Notes under the pieces: model-generated
Told to the model about the DNA's origin: nothing
What the model saw: the letters and a program-made list of their open reading frames with translations, nothing else
The model's database searches: none
Part shown: positions 25,866 to 37,798 of the stretch, one piece after another
Numbering within the stretch: position 1 is the stretch's first letter
Layout: each line of letters starts with the position of its first letter
Source: Octopus vulgaris
Lineage: Eukaryota
Length of the DNA: 64,000 nt
Assembly (NCBI GenBank): GCA_951406725.2
Contig: OX597827.1
Coordinates: 12,648,001-12,712,000, forward strand
Reading direction: 5' to 3'
Translations under genes and position numbers: made by a program

Positions 25866-26271
25866 GCGCAGGAGTGGCTGTGTGGTAAGTAGCTTGCTAA
25901 CCAACCACATGGTTCCGGGTTCAGTCCCACTGCGTGGCATCTTGGGCAAGTGTCTTCTGCTATAGCCCCGGGCCGACAAATGCCTTGTGAGTGGATTTGG
26001 TAGATGGAAACTGAAAGAAGCCCGTCGTATATATGTATATATATGTATATGTATGTGTGTGTGTGTTTGTCCCCCTAGCATTGCTTGACAACTGATGCTG
26101 GTGTGTTTACGTCCCCGTTACTTAGCAGTTCGGCAAAAGAGACCGATAGAATAAGTACTGGGCTTACAAAGAATAAGACCCGGGGTCGATTTGCTGGACT
26201 AAAGGCGGTTTTCCAGCATGGCCGCAGTCAAATGACTGAAACAAGTAAAAGAGTAAAAAAAGAGTAAAGAG
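25866..26271 (+). mobile_element. SINE family A, full length
   Basis: Family A match. Confidence 0.92.
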
Positions 26272-26739
26272 ATACTCTTTGCGTTATATTTTGCATGTTT
26301 GATAACCATTGCTAAGGTTTCCTTTTCGAAAACATCGTGCCACATTCAGCTATTACAAATTCCCTTTCTGCAACTGATTCCCAACATGCTAGAAATAGCA
26401 GCAACATATCTCTTAAATCATTGTATTTTGCAGCTCTAAAACATTTGCTTCCTTTCTTTGTCATTGTTGTAACATCGGTAACTTATTTGTAAATAAAGAC
26501 ACTCTTGCTTACCAAACTTGTTTACCAAACTTTCATAATCGTTCTGACATAATTACAGTTTTGTGCCACACCCAAATCTCACCTTGTTTCCTCATAACTT
26601 GCTTAATAATACATAGTTTCAAAGAACTTTTACAGAGGCATTTTTTCAAAGATAAAAAATTTAGGGAAGATGTCCAGGCATTTATAACCATTCAATAGCT
26701 TGCTCATGAACATTACACATCTAAAAAAAATATCTATGA

Positions 26740-27410
26740 TGTGAAGTCAATCCTAGCTGCCCTTTTATCTCTATTGGTAACTGCTCCATCGATCTCCTAT
26801 CCACATTATTATCTCCTCTCATTGCAGCCTTACCAACAAACATTAAAAATGACTTCCATGCTCAAAAACTCATCTACTTATTCGATTTCCCTCCTGGAAA
26901 CACGTTTTCAGTAAGGGTATCAAATCTTGTTATGCAGTAATCCAGACAGTGACAGCCAATAAGTGCTTAACCACTTACTAGACTGTTGCTTTCTGCCCAT
27001 ACCCAACCCTATCACACTTCTCCACTTAGCACATATACTTAATTGCTTTTTCTTACCTTGTGAATTTTACAACTAGATCAGTGGGGATGCTATGGGTGTT
27101 AAAATGGCCCCCAATTATGCAAATCTCTCTGTAGCTTCATTCAGAAACAAGTCTTTGCCTGAAGTATGAGAGCTGTATGGTCATTGGCTAGTGAATATAC
27201 TAGCTCTGACACAGCTATAATTTGATAGTGCAACAACACAATCACCAACCAACTGACATATGTAGTCATTCTTTCTATTCACTCACTTCACCTCAAATTT
27301 GAATTTACTTCTACTGTATCTCATAACTTCTTGAGCTTTCATGATGTCTTCGATGTTATTGACAATATCCACCTGGCTACCTCTACTGACCTGCACTACT
27401 GTCTAACAAT
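26740..27410 (+). mobile_element. Highly decayed Penelope-like element reverse transcriptase remnant
   Basis: 27077-27127 translates to ISGDAMGVKMAPNYANL (PLE motif G.AMG..M.P.YAN); also LLSPLIAALPTNIKN, FTSTVSHNFLSFHDV and TDLHYCL in the expected order, with stops and frameshifts. Confidence 0.7.
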
Positions 27411-27791
27411 TCCTCTTCAAATCTGTTATACCATTTATTTTCTGTCATTTTTACATAAATACATGTATGTATGCACACAAATACACTCACTCTCTCCTTC
27501 TCTCTCCACATACACACGCACATACACACACACACACATACGAACTCTCTCACACACACACACACAGAGTCTCCTCACCAAAATAGATACACACTCCAGG
27601 GAAAGTAAAACATGTAGAAATATTTTAATACTAAATTTATGCAGACATCACAGTATTTATACAAGTTACCTTTAACCTTTTCAACTGTTTTGGCCTTTTT
27701 CAGTATGTAAAATAGTCAACAGGCATTATTTTGAGATTAAAAAGCTGGTAACTTATGTCTTCTTGATGGTGTTGTAGGCAACTGTGATAAA

Positions 27792-29445
27792 ATGGCAGAG
27801 GTATGGTTGTCACTTATGAAATGTAAGACCATTTCAAAGTGATAATTCAAACTTGAGAATGTTATTGATGTTGAACAACAATGGAGGCTTGAGTTGGAAC
27901 AGAACTTCCAACACATCTGACATTTTCACAGATTCATGATAAGTTCTGAACACAAGGTACAGTGAGATGACAGCGTGATGTGCAGAAGGGACTCCTACAA
28001 AAGACCCATGTAGATGTAGACCAATGCCTTGTGAGTGAATTTGGTAGATGGAAACTGTGTGGAGTCCTTTGTATACACACATACAAACACACACATGCAC
28101 ACACTTATAAGCTCAACGCTCTAACCACTGAGCCATTCTCCAACAAATTTAGTGATTGTGTTACAGAAAATATTTTGTAAGAAAATGTTGTGTGACGATG
28201 AAATAAAATACACCGAAGAGGCCTAATAACACAGAAACATGCTCAGAGATAAAATATCAAAGATCAGTCACATTCACTGTCTCATTGCATGGTACCTTGT
28301 GCAAATGTTTTCTACTATAGCCTTGGGATGACCACACATTTGTGAGTAAATTAGGTAGGCAGAAACTGAAAGGCGGCGAGCTGTCAGAATGTTATCACAC
28401 CAGGGGAAATGCTTAGTTCTAAACACAAGGTACAGTGTGATGACAGCATGATGTGCAGAAGGGAAAATCGAGCAGGCCTTGTACAGTAACAAGTGCTGCT
28501 TACATGGCAATGGTATGAGACTATTTCCCGCATTCACCACAGAGGTCTACCACACAACGTGCACATAAGACAGGAGCAGGCAGCACAAGCGTAGTGAGCA
28601 TTCTTGACAGAGATTAGTAGAAAGTTTACATCCTGAGATCATTACATGCATTTAATGTTGATGGTCCTGATCAAAGAATTGAATTTCGCGATTGGTTTCA
28701 ATATATGGTAGGCAACGATGAAGAGTTTGCGAAGACAATTGTGTCGTCTAATGAAGCACAATTTAAGCTAAATGGAACATTAAACTGACATAAATGCTTT
28801 TAGTGAGCACCAGAAAATCCATGCCTGCATATGGACAAAGCAGTCAGTTTACTGGCAGTCAACGTCTGGTGTAGAATGTCATCAAGAGGTTTGTTTAATA
28901 AGACCATTTTTCTTTGAAGATACTGTCTCTGGTCAAGCAAAACCAGATATGCTATACACTTCAAGAAATGGAAAATGAGAAGTGTGGCTGTGTGGTAAGT
29001 AGCTTGCTTACCAACCATATGGCTACAGGTTCAGTCCCTCTACATGGTACTGTGGCCAAATGTCTTTTACTATAGCCTTGGGATGACCAAACATGCACTT
29101 TGTTATTGATGAATTTTTCTTTCAGCAAGATGGTGCACTGCCACACTACTGCCAAAATATGCATGTTTAGCTACATGAGAATTTGCAAGAACACTGGATA
29201 GGATGAAGTGTTGCATTTGAGTCCCCTACATGTTCTCTTGATTTAATACCTGCAGACTTTTATTTATGGGACACCATAAATGATGTCAAGTATTGCAGAA
29301 AAACAGCTGCACCGGTGGCCCTTTGGAAAGAAATTGAAACAACATGAGCAGCAATCTCACTGGATACACTTTAGCTAATCTTATCCAAATGGCAGTAGTA
29401 CACCATACTAATAAGCCACTAATGGCTACCATTTTGAGTATCCTC
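27792..29445 (+). mobile_element. Decayed Tc1/mariner DD41D (rosa-like) transposase, interrupted by two templated insertions
   Basis: N-terminal HTH region, SNEAQFKLNG, APENP, VNVWC, PFFFEDTV, FQQDGA..SLDLIPAD with 41 residues between the 2nd and 3rd Asp, NGYHFE. Confidence 0.85.
27986..28417 (-). other. Inverted duplicate of about 16972-17433, flanked by 50-bp direct repeats
   Basis: Reverse-complement match including non-SINE sequence; direct repeats at 27942-27991 and 28415-28464. Confidence 0.85.
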
Positions 29446-29505
29446 TAATATCTGTAGGGATTAATGGTAAGTTGCATTAATCCCATGATTAAAAAAATTT
29501 TTTGT

Positions 29506-29699
29506 ATTCTTTTATTTGTTTCAGTCATTTGACTGTGGCCATGCTGGAGCACCACCTTTAGTTGAACAAATCAACCCCAGGACTTATTCTTTGTAAGCCT
29601 AGTACTTATTCTATTGGTCTCTTTTTGCCGAACCACTAAGTTACGGGGAATTAAACACACTAACATCAGTTGTCAAGTGATGGTAGGGGGACAAACACA

Positions 29700-29757
<58 letters not shown>

Positions 29758-29909
29758 CAAGGGCTTTTTTCAGTTTCCGTCTACCAAATCCACTCACAAG
29801 GCTATGGTCATCCCAAGGCTATAGTAGAAGACATTTGGCCAAGGTACCATGCAGAGGGACTGAACCTGGAGCCATATGGTTGGTAAGCAAGCTACTTACC
29901 ACACAGCCA
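29506..29909 (-). mobile_element. SINE family A
   Basis: Family A match. Confidence 0.88.
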
Positions 29910-30421
29910 CACTTCTCATTTTCCATTTCTTTAAATGTATATACATTTTTTTTTGTGAACTTTGTATATATAGTACTCTACCTCAAATATTGTGGGGACT
30001 GAGATGTTCATTGACTGAACATTAGTATGTTACTGTAGATAATTAATTGAATTTTACAAATCTAGGTAGCCAAGTATCATGATCTCACTTTGGTGTAGTA
30101 GTTTCAGCACAGCTATTTGGTTTATAACAGATGTGATGTTCAAATCCTGCAGGCCATGTTACAACTTTTGTCTCTTTTATTCCATATTAAATACCTACAC
30201 ACACACACACACACACATATATACACACACACACATACACACACACATACACATATACACACACACATTTTTATTTATTATACCTGAATATATATAATGT
30301 ATACATATATAAATATGTATATATATATCTATATAAAGATATGCTCTCTCACTCTCTCTCTCTCTTTCTCTCTCGTTCTCTCTCTCTTTCTCTCTCTCTG
30401 TATATATATATATATATATAT

Positions 30422-30522
30422 AACATTATTGGTGAATTGAAGAAATGGAGCTGAACGCAGATTGAACAGAAATCGTTTTCAATCTGCGTTCAGCTCCATT
30501 TCTTCAATTCACCAATAATGTT
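30422..30522. repeat. Perfect 45-bp inverted repeat at the edge of a (TA)n-flanked module (module extends to about 30675)
   Basis: Arms 30422-30466 and 30478-30522, 11-nt spacer. Confidence 0.92.
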
Positions 30523-30672
30523 CTAATTTCAATTATCCGCACCAACGCACGGTTGCAACACCATATGGTTGTACCTCCAACCGTGCTGTTTTACTGCTGT
30601 GATTTTTGCTACTAAGGTATCGGTTAAACTTTTGATTAATCTACTACAAGATTATTCATCTTTCTATTTCAC

Positions 30673-30768
<96 letters not shown>

Positions 30769-30911
30769 CATATATACACACACATACATATATATACTTG
30801 CTTGTGTGCATTTATATACACCTCTATCACATGATCTCCGCTCCAGTCAGAACTATATATGTTAAATTGAATATGTATATTTCAAGTAACCATCAACTTC
30901 ACACACACATG

Positions 30912-30942
<31 letters not shown>

Positions 30943-31459
30943 TAACTGCATAGACCCTCAATTAGACACCTCTGTAAATATAAAATCTATATAAACACAC
31001 TGGCAACCCTACATATATATATGTTTGTATACACACACACACACACACACATTGGTATCTGATGCATTGCTCATGTAAAATATTGCTAAATGTTAATATT
31101 TATGCTTAATCAATACATTAGGTGGATGTGAATAACAATTATCAGAAATGCAATATTTCTTATATTAATGATGAGTTATGATGACATGTAGATGTACGCC
31201 ACTAATGTATGCAAATGTTAATAGTTGAATATAATGATTATATTTACATAAATTTGCTGTTAAATGATAATGCTCAGTTGTGGGTAAGCTAACCGCTGGA
31301 GCAAAGATGGGTTAAATCAAAATTTTGAAAGTTACCATGTTGTCAAAGATACAAGATATAGAATGGTACACATGGCACTCATTGAGCTGCATCTAATTCT
31401 CTTATCGAGTTTGTATTTTCTAGTATATATCTGTATGTGTGAGTATATATAAATGTATA

Positions 31460-31905
31460 TAGTTAGTTAGTTAGTTAGTTAATTTGGCTCAAAAGCAAAT
31501 AGCAAGGCCATGTAGGGGGACATGGAATTAAGTACAGGGTGGTGTTCATGTAAAGAGTTCAGGCCACTTGAGGTCCAGGGAGGCTTTGAACAAAGCGGTC
31601 GTCGGCATCTTCACCTTCTCGTCTGGCAGCTTGTTCTACGGATCCGCAATCCGGACGGAGAAAGCTTCTCTCCTTCGATTGAGATGAAATCGTCGCAGGT
31701 AGAGCTTTTCTGAATGACCCCGCAGCCGACACTCTGGAGCAGGAGTGAAGAACAGCTCTTTAGAGAGGTTACACTTTCCGCTTATGATGTTGTGGGTGAG
31801 AATGAGATCACCACGGCGGCGGCGTTTTTCAAGAGAAGAAAGGTCGAGCGTCCTCAGCCTTTCTTCGTAGGACAAATTTTTGAGACCATGAACCATGCGG
31901 GTAGC
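31460..31905 (-). mobile_element. CR1-like LINE 3' end with (TAAC)n tail
   Basis: ATRMVHGLKNLSYEERLRTLDLSSLEKRRRRGDLI..RGHSEKL..AFSVR..NKLP is a typical CR1-group ORF2 C-terminus. Confidence 0.9.
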
Positions 31906-32029
31906 CATACACGGGCATGGCTATGTGGTAAGAGACTTGCTTCCTGGCTGCATGGTTCTAAGTTCAGTCCAACTGTGTGGCACCTTGGGCAAGTGTTTTC
32001 TACTACAGCCATGGCCAACCAAGGCCTTG

Positions 32030-32253
32030 ACACATTGCTGGTCACAATGCGCTTCATATTGTTTTAGCCTTCAAATGACGCCACCCCACTGACTAAGTGA
32101 GAAAAAAAAAACTGTCATATATATATGTATATATCACCGTGATCACCGTGACCGACCAGGCTATCAGATGTTGCTACACATTGCTGGTCACAATGCGCTT
32201 CATATTGTTTTAGCCTTCAAATGACGCCACCCCGCTGGCTAAGTGAGCAGGCC
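32030..32253 (-). mobile_element. SINE family D 3' fragments (partly duplicated)
   Basis: Matches the family D tail twice. Confidence 0.75.
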
Positions 32254-32271
32254 ATATATATATATATATAT

Positions 32272-32410
32272 TTCCTTGTGTTCCTTTCTGTTGAAGAGCA
32301 TAGGCTCGAAACGTAAAAGACTTTCTCACTTTCCTGAGTGTTAAACTAATACATCTGCTTGTTGTTTATACACCTGTCTTCATTTTTTTACTTTTCTGTA
32401 AATTCCAACT
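32272..32410 (+). mobile_element. (TA)n-flanked PLE-like module with a degenerate hammerhead-like motif
   Basis: CTTT-CTGTTGA-A-GAGC(ATAG)GCTC-GAA-ACGT-A-AAAG; related reverse copy at about 45420-45560. Confidence 0.5.
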
Positions 32411-32729
32411 AAATATATATATATATATATATATATATAAGATTATATACCAAATATATACTTCTATATGTATATATTTTTAAAGGTTAAATGTGAGTTT
32501 GTCCATTAATTGGAGTAATTTCCAAAGATTTTTAACGTTGTTTCTTCATACATTAATTTTGAATTTACTTGTGTAAATTAGTGTAGATATGAAAACTTAT
32601 ATATGAAAATATTAAGTTTATGATCTAACTTATTAAACGCAGTTTAATAAATTTATTCATATTTATGTAAATGGAGGAGATTAGATGTAGGAGATTATAT
32701 ATGTGTGTGTGTGTGTATTTATATATGCT

Positions 32730-33004
32730 TGAGGTTGTATCCACAAGAGTAAACAAGAAAGACAGAGACAGGCAGAAACAAGGAAAATAACTCTTGTATT
32801 TGAATACTATACAAATATTCTTTAAAAAAACTTTTTTAATTTTTCCAAAATTTAATTATTTTCCATACTTGCAGTTGAAAAAGTTTCAATGACTGAAACT
32901 GGTACTGAAATGTTTTTTATAAAATTATTTTAGCATTTTCTACCTTGACATTTTTTTTTATATATCTATATATATCAACTCATGTGTTCTTTTTCAACCT
33001 TCTA
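32730..33004. mobile_element. (TA)n-flanked PLE-like module, partly inverted relative to 33915-34166
   Basis: 32730-32943 is the reverse complement of about 33924-34118; 32938-33004 is direct to about 34110-34166. Confidence 0.6.
32872..32907 (+). ncRNA. Minimal hammerhead-like motif with U3:A8 core covariation
   Basis: CAG-TTGAAAA-AGT(TTCAATG)ACT-GAA-ACTGGT-A-CTG. Confidence 0.45.
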
Positions 33005-33012
33005 TATATATA

Positions 33013-33060
<48 letters not shown>

Positions 33061-33472
33061 TATCAAATTAAAGTTCATATTCCATGCTAGCATGGGTTGG
33101 ATGGTTTGACAGAAGCTGGCAAGCTGGAAAATGCACAAGGTTTCAATTGTCTATTTTGCTATGATTTCTAAACTTGGATTCTCTTCCTAATGCCAACCAC
33201 TTTACAGAGAATAGAGAATACTGGTGCCTTTTGTGTGGCAGCAGAATGAGTGCATTTTATGCACCACCATCATGGGCGCATTTTATGTGACACTAGCTCT
33301 GTTTGTGTGTGTATGTGTGGGGGCGTGTACAGCTATCTTTAGATTGTTTCATGATGGCTAATAAGCTGAAAGTTCAAAAACACTGTAATTAATAAATATG
33401 TATTCCACTGCAAAGTTTAATGATAAATTGCTTTGATATTTACCCTAAGTAAGAACAAATATATATATACAT

Positions 33473-33792
33473 ATGGCACGTAAAAAGCACCATCCGAATC
33501 GTGGCCGATGCCAGTGCCACCTCGACTGGCTTCCGTGCCGGTGGCACGTAAAATGCACCAATCCGATCGTGGCGGTTGCCAGCCTCGCCTGGCACCTGTG
33601 CAGGTGGCACGTAAAAAGCACCCACTACACTCACGGAGTGGTTGGCGTTAGGAAGGGCATCCAGCTGTAGAAACACTGCCAGATCAGACTGGAGCCTGGT
33701 GCAGCCTTCTGGCTTCCCAGATCCCCGGTCGAACCGTCCAACCCATGCTAGCATGGAAAGCGGACGTTAAACGATGATGATGATGATGATGA
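33473..33792 (+). mobile_element. SINE-like family C
   Basis: Three ggcacgtaaaa units, body, (GAT)n tail. Confidence 0.88.
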
Positions 33793-34194
33793 CATATTAT
33801 AATAATAATAATATTAGGGAGTATAACTCCAAACTTACAGGGAAAAATTCGATTGAGTTGCATAATAGTGGTTTTATCTATAATTCATATTATATATATA
33901 TATATATATATATAGAAAAAAAAGTAGCAAATGATAAAATAATTTTATAAAAAACATTTCAGTACCGTTTTCGGTTATTGAGACTTTAAATTAAATTTTG
34001 GAAAAATTAAATGAACATTTTTTAAAACGAATATTTGCATAGGATTCAAATACAAGGAGCATTTTCCTTGTTTCTGCCTGTCTCTGTCTCCGTTGTTTAC
34101 TCTTAAGGGTTCTACCTTGACTTTTTCAGATATATATAAACTCGTGTGTTCCTTTTCAACCTCCTACATATATGTATGTGTGTGTGTGTATATA

Positions 34195-34406
34195 TACTCT
34201 TTTACTCTTCTACTTGTTTCAGTCATTTGACTGCGGCCATGCTGGAGCACCGCCTTTAATTGAGCAACTCGACCCCAGGACTTATTCTTTTATAAGCCCA
34301 GTACTTATTATATCGGTCTCTTTTGCCAAACCGCTAAATAACGGGGACATAAACACACCAGCATCGGTTGTCAAGCAATGCTAGGGGGACAAACACAGAC
34401 ACACAA

Positions 34407-34437
<31 letters not shown>

Positions 34438-34543
34438 CATATATATGACAGGCTTCTTTCAGTTTCTGTCTACCAAATCCATTCACAAGGCATTGGTCGG
34501 CCCGGGGCTATAGCAGAAGACACTTGCCCAAGATGCCATGCAG
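34195..34543 (-). mobile_element. SINE family A, 5'-truncated
   Basis: Family A match. Confidence 0.88.
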
Positions 34544-35120
34544 TATATAGAGCTACCCAATGTTTTGCACTCACAGCGCCAAAACCTCATCAGATTTTGG
34601 CTTTTTGGATGCAAAAACTTGGGCATCTCAATCTAAAATTTTGTTGTAATAATTACTGCTCTATTTTTAGAGTGTGCTGCTTTCTGATATATGCTTTTTT
34701 TTTTATTAACTACATATATATGTATGCATGTATGTATGTATATATCTATATAAAAGAGGTGAGGACCGATATCCTTCAAAGCGATGTCAAACACCCAAGT
34801 CCGCCAATACAGTCCAAACAAAGAATATATATAAAAAATATATATTCAATATTTGCAAAAACAATAAATGAAATATAAGGAAAGGAAAAAATTGTAGGTG
34901 TAGATGAGCTTACGAAGAATTTAATTTTTATTTCAAGAAGAGTTTTTCATTTTTATTTTGGAATTAATTAGACACTAAAAGGAGTTGCAGAATTCATATT
35001 GGATTATAACAACCTGGATTATGAATTAAAGATCCCCTACATCTACAATTTTTTCTTTTCCTTATACATCTATATATATATGTATATCTGTGTGTGTGTG
35101 TGTGTGTCTATGTATATGTA

Positions 35121-35521
35121 TACTCTTTTTTTTTACTCTTTTACTTGTTTCAGTCATTTGACTGCGGCCATGCTGAAGCACCGCCTTTAGTCAAGCAAAT
35201 CAACCCCGGGACTTATTCTTTGTAAGCCCAGTACTTATTCTATTGGTCTCTTTTGCTAAGTGAACGGGGACGTAAACACACCATCATCGGTTGTCAAGCA
35301 ATGCTAGGGGGACAAACACAGACACACAAACACACACACATATACATATATATACATATATACGACAGGCTTCTTTCAGTTTCCGTCTACCAAATCCACT
35401 CACAAGGCATTGGTCGGCCCGGGGCTGTAGCAGAAGACACTTGCCCAATATGCCACGCAGTGGGACTGAACCTGGAACCATGTGGTTGGTTAGCAAGCTA
35501 CTTACCACACAACCACTCCTG
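35121..35521 (-). mobile_element. SINE family A
   Basis: Family A match. Confidence 0.9.
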
Positions 35522-35569
35522 CTGTATATAAATATATATTATATTTATCTCTATCATCATCAGTAAGTA

Positions 35570-35745
35570 TAGGCATGTGACTTAATTGTTAGGCTTTTGA
35601 ACTCATGATTGCAAGATTGTGGTTTCAATCCTTGGACTGGGTGTGTGTTGTGTTCTTGACCAAACCACTTCCTTTCACATTGCTCCTGTCCACTCAGGTG
35701 GCAAAAATGAGTAATCCTGCAATGGACAGCATCCCATTGGCCTGA
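35570..35745 (+). mobile_element. Old tRNA/CORE-type SINE fragment (family E-related)
   Basis: ttcttgaccaaaccacttcctttcacattgctcctgtccactcaggtggcaaaaatgagta resembles 1905-1965. Confidence 0.6.
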
Positions 35746-35796
35746 GGAACTTATTTATACACCATGGAAACCAGGAAACTGACCCTTATGAGTTGG

Positions 35797-35848
35797 CATG
35801 ATGACAACAACGACGATGACAAAAATGATGTTGATGATGATAGTGATA

Positions 35849-35907
<59 letters not shown>

Positions 35908-35909
35908 AG

Positions 35910-35964
<55 letters not shown>

Positions 35965-35966
35965 AG

Positions 35967-36018
<52 letters not shown>

Positions 36019-36122
36019 GGTGGTGGTGGTGGTGGTGGTGGTGGTGGTGGTTGTTGTCGTCGTTGTCGTGGTGATGGTGATGATGGTGTTGGTGATGATG
36101 ATGATGATGATGAAGATGATGG

Positions 36123-36153
<31 letters not shown>

Positions 36154-36156
36154 GGT
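35797..36156. repeat. (GAT)n/(GGT)n microsatellite
   Basis: Direct inspection. Confidence 0.95.
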
Positions 36157-36435
36157 TGAAACAACGAACTGAAAGGAAGAAGGAAGGTCCCTGTCATCGT
36201 CATCATTATTTTTAATGACCACTTTTCTTTTCCATTGTTACATAGGTTGGACAGAGCTTGTTCGAGTGGTTCTTTTCTACGGCCAGATATCCTTCCTGAC
36301 AGCATCTCTCAGCAGTTTCCTGGTAACAGAATAGTTCTCCATGATCAGACATGTTTCCACTGAAAATTAAAAACAGATGTTTCTCTCTCTCTCTCTCTCC
36401 CTCTCTTCCTCCCTCTCTTCCTCTCCCTCTCCCTC

Positions 36436-36474
<39 letters not shown>

Positions 36475-36713
36475 TGGATATATATTAATGGACTGGGGTT
36501 GTAGGAGACAATTGCCCAAGGTTCCACACAATGGCATTGAACCTGAAACCGTGTGTCTACAAAGTGAGCTTCTTAACCACACAGCCATGCCTGATCTCTT
36601 TTACTGGTTCAATTAACTTTTTTGTATAATGACATCCTTGTTGGCGAATATAGAGTGTTTAAGCCTATAAATTTGTTTTTAACATTATGCTTACAGTATT
36701 TCATAACTGGCAT

Positions 36714-36762
36714 GTGATGATGATGATGATGATGATGATGATGCTTGTGATGGTGGTGGTGG

Positions 36763-36793
<31 letters not shown>

Positions 36794-36805
36794 GATGATG
36801 ATGAA

Positions 36806-36862
<57 letters not shown>

Positions 36863-36933
36863 TGATGAAGATGAAGATGATGATGGTGATGATGGTGATG
36901 ATGATGGTGATGATGGTGATGATGATGGTGATG

Positions 36934-36965
<32 letters not shown>

Positions 36966-37035
36966 GATGATGGTGATGATGATGGTGATGATGATGATGA
37001 AGATGAAGATGATGGTGGTGATGATGATGGTGATG

Positions 37036-37088
<53 letters not shown>

Positions 37089-37243
37089 GAAGATGAAGAT
37101 GATGGTGGTGATGATGATGGTGATGATGATGATGGTGATGATGATGATGGTGATGATGATGATGGTGATGATGATGAAGATGAAGATGATGATGGTGATG
37201 ATGATGTTGGGGATGATGATGATGGTGATGATGATGGTGGTGG
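36714..37243. repeat. (GAT)n-derived microsatellite with ~90-bp higher-order pattern
   Basis: gaagatgaagatgatggtggtgatgatgatggt recurs. Confidence 0.9.
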
Positions 37244-37742
37244 TGCTATTAAGTTAGACATGGCCTGGGCCAATAATGGCCGAAACCTATCAAAGTATCA
37301 AAGTATATCAAATGTTTATTTATATTGATATGGGATATAAGAGAGAGAGAAAGAGAGAAGAGGGAGAGCTAAAGCTGTGTGAGATACAAGAAATAACTCC
37401 TGGTTAGATACTCATAAAGTAATGAGTATTTTTCTTTTATCAAATGTAGGGAAAAGAATAAAATGCATTTTATGAGTCTCCGTGCAGTTTAGTAGTGATG
37501 TGTTTTGTTGAGGTTATTTCAAGGTTTTGTGAAAGATTATTTATTGCACAGGAAAAGTTCTGAAATCATGGGCTGGAATGGAATGGAGTGGAATGGAATT
37601 ACATGGTAGAGAGGAATTAGAGAATTTCTGATTACTATAATTAGGCATTCAATAATCACAGAAAGGATCGGTAATGTAGAATTTAGAATTTGTACGGAAA
37701 ATTGATTCTGGGTATGTAAGGATGGATTTCAGTTTATTGTTT

Positions 37743-37743
37743 C

Positions 37744-37798
<55 letters not shown>

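Noticed and set aside
37260-37290. GGCC-aataat-GGCC-GAAAC hammerhead-like stem II
   Set aside because: No CUGANGA core and no stem I/III pairing
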